Origin: an uncultured Verrucomicrobiae bacterium
GTDB lineage: Bacteria > Chlamydiota > Chlamydiia > Chlamydiales > Rhabdochlamydiaceae
Reading direction: 5' to 3'
DNA length: 22,227 nucleotides
Assembly: GCA_963818965.1 (NCBI GenBank)
Contig: CAWFUG010000004.1
Location: 1 to 22,227, forward strand
A program made the position numbers and the translations under genes. This document shows positions 16,935 to 22,227 of this stretch, piece after piece. The notes beneath the pieces were generated by a model. That model was not told where the DNA came from and ran no database searches. It was given only the letters and a program-made list of their open reading frames with translations. Positions within the stretch are counted from its first letter, which is position 1; each line of letters opens with the position of its first letter.

Positions 16935-17796
16935 GTTTTTAATAACTCATCTGTTTTTTCAATTAGCTCTTGTGCAACACGCCTCTGTTTGATTATTTTC
17001 CAATCGATGCGATCGTATTTTTCTTTAATTCGTTTCACATGACTGAGCAATGGATTTCCTTCCTGATACAAATGCAGAGTAATAGCTGGGTCTTCGAGTT
17101 CTAGGGCTGTAACACAATCATCATCGGGATGAGCGATATGATGCACAGGTGCTACGCTGGGAGCGATAAAACAGGGCTTGCCGCCAAATGAGCTCATACA
17201 AAGATGGTGGTAATGGCCTGAGATAATTCCTAAAAGGTTTTTATGTTCTCTCATGAGCATTTCAAATTTAGGAGGAGCTGAACAGATGATATTATCGAAT
17301 AATTTGAATCCCGTCTTGATGGGAGGGTGGTGCATGAAAATTAGCGTGGGTTTTTCAGGTGCTCATTTCAGAGTTTCCTCGAGCCAGAAAAACCGTTCTT
17401 CGCATAGTTCTCCAGAAGACTTCCCTTCTACGAGAGTATCCAGGCCGATCAACCGTACGGATAATCCTCTATTGCATAATGAATGAACCGCTGCTTAGGC
17501 ATATAAGACTCATCGATAAATGCGGAGCGCATTTCTTCTCGTAAGTCGTGATTGCCGGGAACAACATACAGGGGGATCTTGAGAGGGCTAATCAATTCTC
17601 TTAAGTAATGGTATGCAGACGTGTCTCCTTCATCCGTTAAATCTCCTGTAAGAAGGACGACATCTGGAGCAGGATCGAGGGCATTGAGATACTCGATGAC
17701 TTGGGAAAGCCGCCGATTAATTTGTGTACGGGGCTGATCCAGCCAATGCTTGTGTTTGGCCACGATATGCGTATCTGAAATTTGTGCAATTAGCAT
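16931..17796 (-). CDS. cpdA: Mirror copy: CpdA/GpdQ-like phosphodiesterase (indel near 17460)
   Basis: ORFs 17449..17844 and 16931..17335 correspond to 5012..5926. Confidence 0.85.
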
Positions 17797-17863
17797 AGGA
17801 GTCCTCGAAACATTTTTCAGCGAAGAGGGTGCCCTCAGGAGCAAAAAAAGTCAATGTGCCGTC

Positions 17864-18775
17864 TCATTCAGAGATGTGGAGTAATCTTTTTGGGAAATCG
17901 ATATACACCGTATGGCGACGGAGGAAAGTCATCCCAAGAATTCCATCGAAGTCCTCTATGTCGGGGGAAATATCTAAAAGATGTAAAGTTGTGGGGCCAA
18001 AATTTTTCCCTTCGATCTCAAAGAAAGGAGTCGAAAAATAATCGAGATTGGACGAGTTTTTGTGATCTTTTTCTAAATCATATAGAGAAGATCTCACGAG
18101 ATTCCAAGAAGTACCGGTATCGATTAGAAATTTTTTTTCGCCGAGATCGGTTGTAATTTTTATGGTGATCCCCGAGGGGGTCATCTCAAACGGAACGACA
18201 TGCATTTGCTGAGTAAACTGTGCTGCTTTTTTAGTAGGGCGCTCGACAAGGGCGATGCTGGAATGAGGAAAGTCTAAAAGCAAATTATATCGTTTGAGCA
18301 AAGGCCTTCCAATAGACCCCATTTTTTGGTGGGGGGGCTGTCCGCTGGGCAAAGCCCTTCCAATAGATCCCATTTGGGAGGAGAGGTGCTGTCCTCTTCG
18401 TAAAATGGTGTTATGATTAAAGGCATCGTTTTCTGATTGGGCAAGGACCTCAGCAAAACGGACGTTACCGATTTTGATTTGAGGAATCAAATAATTTTCT
18501 GATTTATAGTTATTGCCTTTTAGGTCTTTAAATCGAACTACTCCATAAGGACGCTTTTGTATCTTCTGCAAAATCTCATCATCTAAGCTCATATGGTTAC
18601 CAGCGCCGAGATCGAGAACTAAAGAATAGGAGTCCTCCTCAATTTGTATATTGATTACAGGTAGATTAAGCAGATCAAATGATACGGGGATGGTTTGGCT
18701 AGCCGGGTGATTGAAACAGAAGAAACTGGTGCTGCCCAGGAGGAGAAGCGAAAAAAGGATCAGTCTTTTAATCAC
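17864..18775 (-). CDS. Mirror copy: two-domain retropepsin-like aspartic protease
   Basis: Protein identical to 4081..4992. Confidence 0.9.
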   Translation of the reverse strand: MIKRLILFSLLLLGSTSFFCFNHPASQTIPVSFDLLNLPVINIQIEEDSYSLVLDLGAGNHMSLDDEILQKIQKRPYGVVRFKDLKGNNYKSENYLIPQIKIGNVRFAEVLAQSENDAFNHNTILRRGQHLSSQMGSIGRALPSGQPPHQKMGSIGRPLLKRYNLLLDFPHSSIALVERPTKKAAQFTQQMHVVPFEMTPSGITIKITTDLGEKKFLIDTGTSWNLVRSSLYDLEKDHKNSSNLDYFSTPFFEIEGKNFGPTTLHLLDISPDIEDFDGILGMTFLRRHTVYIDFPKRLLHISE

Positions 18776-19649
18776 GATCGATGTAAACCTTTTGATTTTC
18801 GAAGTCGAGATAGAGAATATGTTTACTCAAAAAATCCATCCCGATGACACCATTAAATTCTCGCAGATCAGAGGGGAAATCCTGAAGGTAGAGATTTTGA
18901 CTCCCCCAATTTTCCCCGCCGATGATAAAGGCGGCGCTCTGTAATTGGTCCCAATTCTTTCCATCCATCTCGATAGTCATAGGTCTTTGCGCACCGTTTT
19001 CTTGGAGAAGGGATGACCTGATGAGGTTCAGAGTCATCCCCGTACTCAGAGCGAGTTTTACGGCGCCCAAATCAGTGAGGACAGGGAGGAGAATCCCTCC
19101 TGCGCGCTCTACGATTTCGAAAGGAACTGGAATCATCTCTTCAACGGAGTAACCGATTTCTTTAAGTTTTTTCCTATGGTTACAGGCGATGATTGTAGAA
19201 TGGGGGAAGTCGAGTACTAAATTATTTTGTTTTAATAAGGGCAATCCTATTTCGCCCACTCGCTGGCCCATCTTCAACTTTTCACCCCCCTCTGCGATTC
19301 TAACATCCTTAAAAGTGAGATCTCCCATTTTGACTTCTGAGACCAAAAAGGTGGAAGATTCGATTTTATTTCCTTCGGAATCTTGGAATAGGGTAGGTTC
19401 GCAAGTTTCTTTGTGGATGGATGATAAAACATCTTTACTGAGGGTGAGCGGAACACAGCTGCTCAAATTGACAAGTACGGAATAGGTTTTTCCTTGAATA
19501 TGAATATCAACGCACGGCAGTTCGGTACGTCCGAATGTCACAAACATACGGACATACCGTTGCTTGGAATAAAAAGTTTTCCCTATAAAGAGTCCAATTC
19601 CTATAAAAAGGAGAAGTGCTGAACTAATAATGATGTTTTTTATTTTCAC
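18768..19649 (-). CDS. Mirror copy: inactive retropepsin-like homologue
   Basis: Protein identical to 3207..4088. Confidence 0.85.
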   Translation of the reverse strand: MKIKNIIISSALLLFIGIGLFIGKTFYSKQRYVRMFVTFGRTELPCVDIHIQGKTYSVLVNLSSCVPLTLSKDVLSSIHKETCEPTLFQDSEGNKIESSTFLVSEVKMGDLTFKDVRIAEGGEKLKMGQRVGEIGLPLLKQNNLVLDFPHSTIIACNHRKKLKEIGYSVEEMIPVPFEIVERAGGILLPVLTDLGAVKLALSTGMTLNLIRSSLLQENGAQRPMTIEMDGKNWDQLQSAAFIIGGENWGSQNLYLQDFPSDLREFNGVIGMDFLSKHILYLDFENQKVYIDRD

Positions 19650-21098
19650 CTTCCTCCTATGGAAAACTTAAGTGACCTTCAACACCCCGAGAGGTATTTC
19701 CACTCGCATCTTTTGACACCTTACCTCTGACAGAAACTTCAGCCCCATTGGGGAATGTATAGCTACCGCCTCCCCAGGCACTTTCATTTCCATAGTCATC
19801 GCTCGATGCACCTGCAGAAACATCGACCCAAGATTTATCATTTCCTTCGCCTGCTTCACAGAAGATGATCATTTTTTCATCAAATAACACTCTTTTGTTT
19901 GTCTTGAAGACAGACGCTTGTTGCTCTTTTGGGAATCCAATGATACTCAGTGAAGCGTTGTGATGATCCGATAAAGATAGAGGAGAAGTGTGGATCTGGA
20001 AATGAGAGCTCGAGGTAGGGAAGCATAGAAGTAGCGCGCTAGGTTCATCTGCATTTTCCTCCTGTCCGGTAGAAAAATAAGAATTTAGGATGGCTTGTTC
20101 TTCTTGATTTGACTGTTTCGTGATTCCTAGATCTCCACAGAGAAGAAAAGGGATTTCTCCCCGATATTCTAAATCCATGGCTTTTAGAATTTGATGGAGC
20201 TGAGCAACTCTCAAAGAAGGTCGGCCCTTTAGCATCTAGCGATTCCAGTTGAGCCGCATACACATGCCCTAGAGGAGTTCCCCCATCTTTGACAATAAAA
20301 TCGATAAAGCCATCTTCGCTATCTGAATCTCCAAATGAGGTATATCTGGGCTGTTCAATAGGATATTTGCTGGCGATCAAGAATCCCACGGCGGTATCTG
20401 AGAAGCGGAATCCACCCACATCTATTCTCGTATAAAAATGAGCGTAACGCGCTTTAAGACCCGAGAGAAATCGTCCACCCTATCGATGTCAATGCGTTCC
20501 TCTAGGCACACGATATCTGCGTCAGCATTCAGGATTTTATCTAAAAGACTTTCCATAGAAACTATTGCACTATCATTTGGGGTTAGATTGAGAAGGGAAA
20601 GTGGCTTATCTCTGGCACTTTTATTCTCAGTAGAACCCGTGAGATGCACGTAGATAGGGTTGCAGTGTGGTGATTGATCTTGAAGATACTGCAAGATATA
20701 GCGTTGGTGAAAATCCAATGTTTCCTCATCCGATGGATTAAATGCGTATAACATTACAGCATCTTGTAAGTCCGCATTCTGAAAAATGTCTTTTTGGGTT
20801 TTGTAATCGAGATCGATAATCGGCAGAGTATTTTTGCAAGGATACAGGGTCTCCATGGCATTTTCCCATGCCTTTTTCAGTTGAACCCAAGCTCTTAAGG
20901 TGTTCGCGAATGTCTTTTTGTTCGTGGGGATATTCATGATTTCTTCATAGGAAGTTTGGATGTCCTGCATTGTGGCAGCAACGTATGATTCAATTTCTTC
21001 TGGTGTGCAGGAGTAATTTCGGAAGAGATTCCAAAAATGCTATGGAAAAGTAAGACTCCAGCGGTCGACAGGGACGTAAAACGAGTGCGATTCATCAT
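19646..21098 (-). CDS. Mirror copy: exported EEP-domain multidomain protein (several indels)
   Basis: Fragments 20422..20970, 20045..20419 and 19657..20235 match 1755..3210. Confidence 0.78.
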
Positions 21099-21178
21099 AA
21101 AAAAAGCCTCCTTAGTTTTGCTGCAGCATCCTATAACAGAGAAAAATTTTATGGCAATGTGAATATAAAAAATGAGTG

Positions 21179-21255
21179 TATACCCAAGCTTCTTACAGGG
21201 CTAACGCGCGAACAAAATTCAGCATATACCCAACTTTTAAGTCCACTTGGGTATA
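21179..21255. repeat. Mirror copy: TATACCCAAG...CTTGGGTATA element
   Basis: Reverse complement of 1598..1674. Confidence 0.5.
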
Positions 21256-21262
21256 GAGGGAA

Positions 21263-21615
21263 TCAGTGTAGGGAGCAGCTTTTTTTCGTGCATCTGTTTT
21301 CGAAGGCGTGGTTCGACTTGCCGCAGTAGGGACATTCCCATACGCTTTCGTCTGTGTCTTTGCCCTTTTTCTTCTTGAGGGGGACTACGATGTAGCGGCC
21401 GGTTGGGTCTTCTTGGGCCATGCGGTTTAAAATCTGCTGGAGGCCGGCTTGAAGGGACGTGGTGCGGCGTTTGTTGCGGGGGGTGGGTGAGTCTATGTAG
21501 ATCTTGATGAAGCGGGCTCTCCTTCATTGTCGTAGAGGTAGCTTTGGGATGTAAGATCTGTGGCGGAAAGAGAAGAGATGAGAAAAATAAGAGGGATGAA
21601 GGCTTTGCATTTCAT
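21263..21615 (-). CDS. Mirror copy: exported zinc-finger protein (1-nt deletion)
   Basis: Reverse complement of 1237..1590. Confidence 0.75.
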
Positions 21616-22115
21616 TTAGAAAAGGTCCTCCTCGTGTTCTTTGAGGCGCTCTTCGAAGAGAGTAAGAAGGCGCTTTAGTTCTTTTTGCGAGTCGGCAAAG
21701 GGAAAGTCGGGGCGGGGAGTTCTTTTGATTTTCTTTTGGCGTTTGTGGGTGAGGAAGGCGATGAAGGTGTCGATGGGGAGGATTGCGGCACCTTCTCGTT
21801 TGCAGCGGGAGGAGAGTTCGCGGTCGTTGGTGATGATGGTCAGATTTTTGGGCTGGTGGGCCTCTTGGACGGTTTCGAGGATGTAGTGATCTGCAGATGC
21901 GTCGCCTGTGGTGTAGATGAGCTCGATTGCTTTGAAGTGGTGTCTTAGAGTGGGTGGAGGGAATCTTTTCCCCCATCGAAGACGAGGGTCACGGAGAGAT
22001 TTAATTCAGAAACAGCTGTGTTGAGCTCTTCTATCATTGCTTGGCGCGTCTTTTCCAGAGGATTCGCTTTTAGGAATCGAAATAGGAGATTATAGCCATC
22101 GACTAGATAATGCAT
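21616..22115 (-). CDS. Mirror copy: YacP/NYN ribonuclease
   Basis: The minus strand starts ATG CAT TAT CTA GTC GAT GGC TAT AAT (MHYLVDGYN). A net 1-nt frameshift follows downstream. Confidence 0.85.
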
Positions 22116-22128
22116 TCAAATACGGCAC

Positions 22129-22227
22129 TCAAATAAGACATTCTTTTTCGAGCATCGATTCTAGGAAAGGGCTGATTTTGTCTAGCGCTTTTCGGCGGTG
22201 AGAGATGCGGTTTTTTGTCTCTTCTTC
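22129..22227 (-). CDS. rdgB: Mirror copy: 3' end of rdgB (partial)
   Basis: [32 protein letters not shown], containing the HAM1 SHR motif. Confidence 0.88.
   Translation of the reverse strand, partial: EEETKNRISHRRKALDKISPFLESMLEKECLI

Larger units (their letters stand above)
624..22227. repeat. Giant inverted duplication (fold-back): arm 624-11429 vs arm 11441-22227, 11-nt loop at 11430-11440
   Basis: The ORF track is mirrored gene for gene (e.g. 4081..4992+ = 17864..18775-, 6895..7704+ = 15155..15964-). The apex reads ttggttcagaatttgc-cttattccaat-gcaaattctgaaccaa. The window end 22227 pairs with ~624. Confidence 0.99.

Noticed and set aside
5551..17306. Synonymous differences between arms (e.g. 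TTT/TTC at 5551/17306, TCC/TCT at 10876/11994) suggesting an old diverged duplication or two strains
   Set aside because: They are few, are transitions, and are mixed with non-synonymous ones (R/H and Y/H in the kinase). They cannot be told apart from base-calling error without reads.
363..21976. Many short overlapping or antisense ORFs in the track (e.g. 363..653-, 723..1328+ tail, 7174..7527-, 9308..9673+, 9885..10175-, 21524..21976-)
   Set aside because: They are shadow frames of better-supported genes or frameshift chimeras, with no recognisable motifs.
12306..22115. Mass pseudogenisation of the second gene copies
   Set aside because: The breaks are mostly 1-2 nt indels, often in short homopolymers, with very few substitutions, and each is intact in the other arm. 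This fits sequencing error.
1..22227. CRISPR array, tRNA or rRNA genes
   Set aside because: I saw no regularly spaced repeats or RNA-gene signatures, and the intergenic gaps are short.

Overview
The window is one ~11.4 kb bacterial chromosomal segment followed by its own reverse complement. Positions 624-11429 are mirrored by 11441-22227 around an 11-nt loop (11430-11440), so almost every gene appears twice. The arms differ by scattered 1-2 nt indels and a few substitutions, which looks like long-read or low-coverage error, and a fold-back chimera is the most likely origin. The fold point lies ~135 nt inside the left end of a probable IS4-family element. The loop, read on the minus strand, still continues the transposase frame. 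Gene content suggests an environmental Chlamydiae genome (inference). In order: 3' end of greA, rdgB, a YacP/NYN nuclease, a small exported zinc-finger protein, a coupled three-gene operon (exported degenerate EEP-domain protein with a Gly/Ser-rich tail, a catalytically dead double retropepsin, an intact double retropepsin), a CpdA/GpdQ-like phosphodiesterase, an APH-family kinase, a dead histidine-phosphatase homologue, acylphosphatase, a GAMT/Rmt2-like methyltransferase, a 2OG-Fe(II) oxygenase, a membrane protein, an orphan HigA, and an RHH antitoxin with an internally deleted Doc toxin. The best biological lead is the EEP/pseudoprotease/protease operon. All family calls come from motif recognition by eye, with no database searches.
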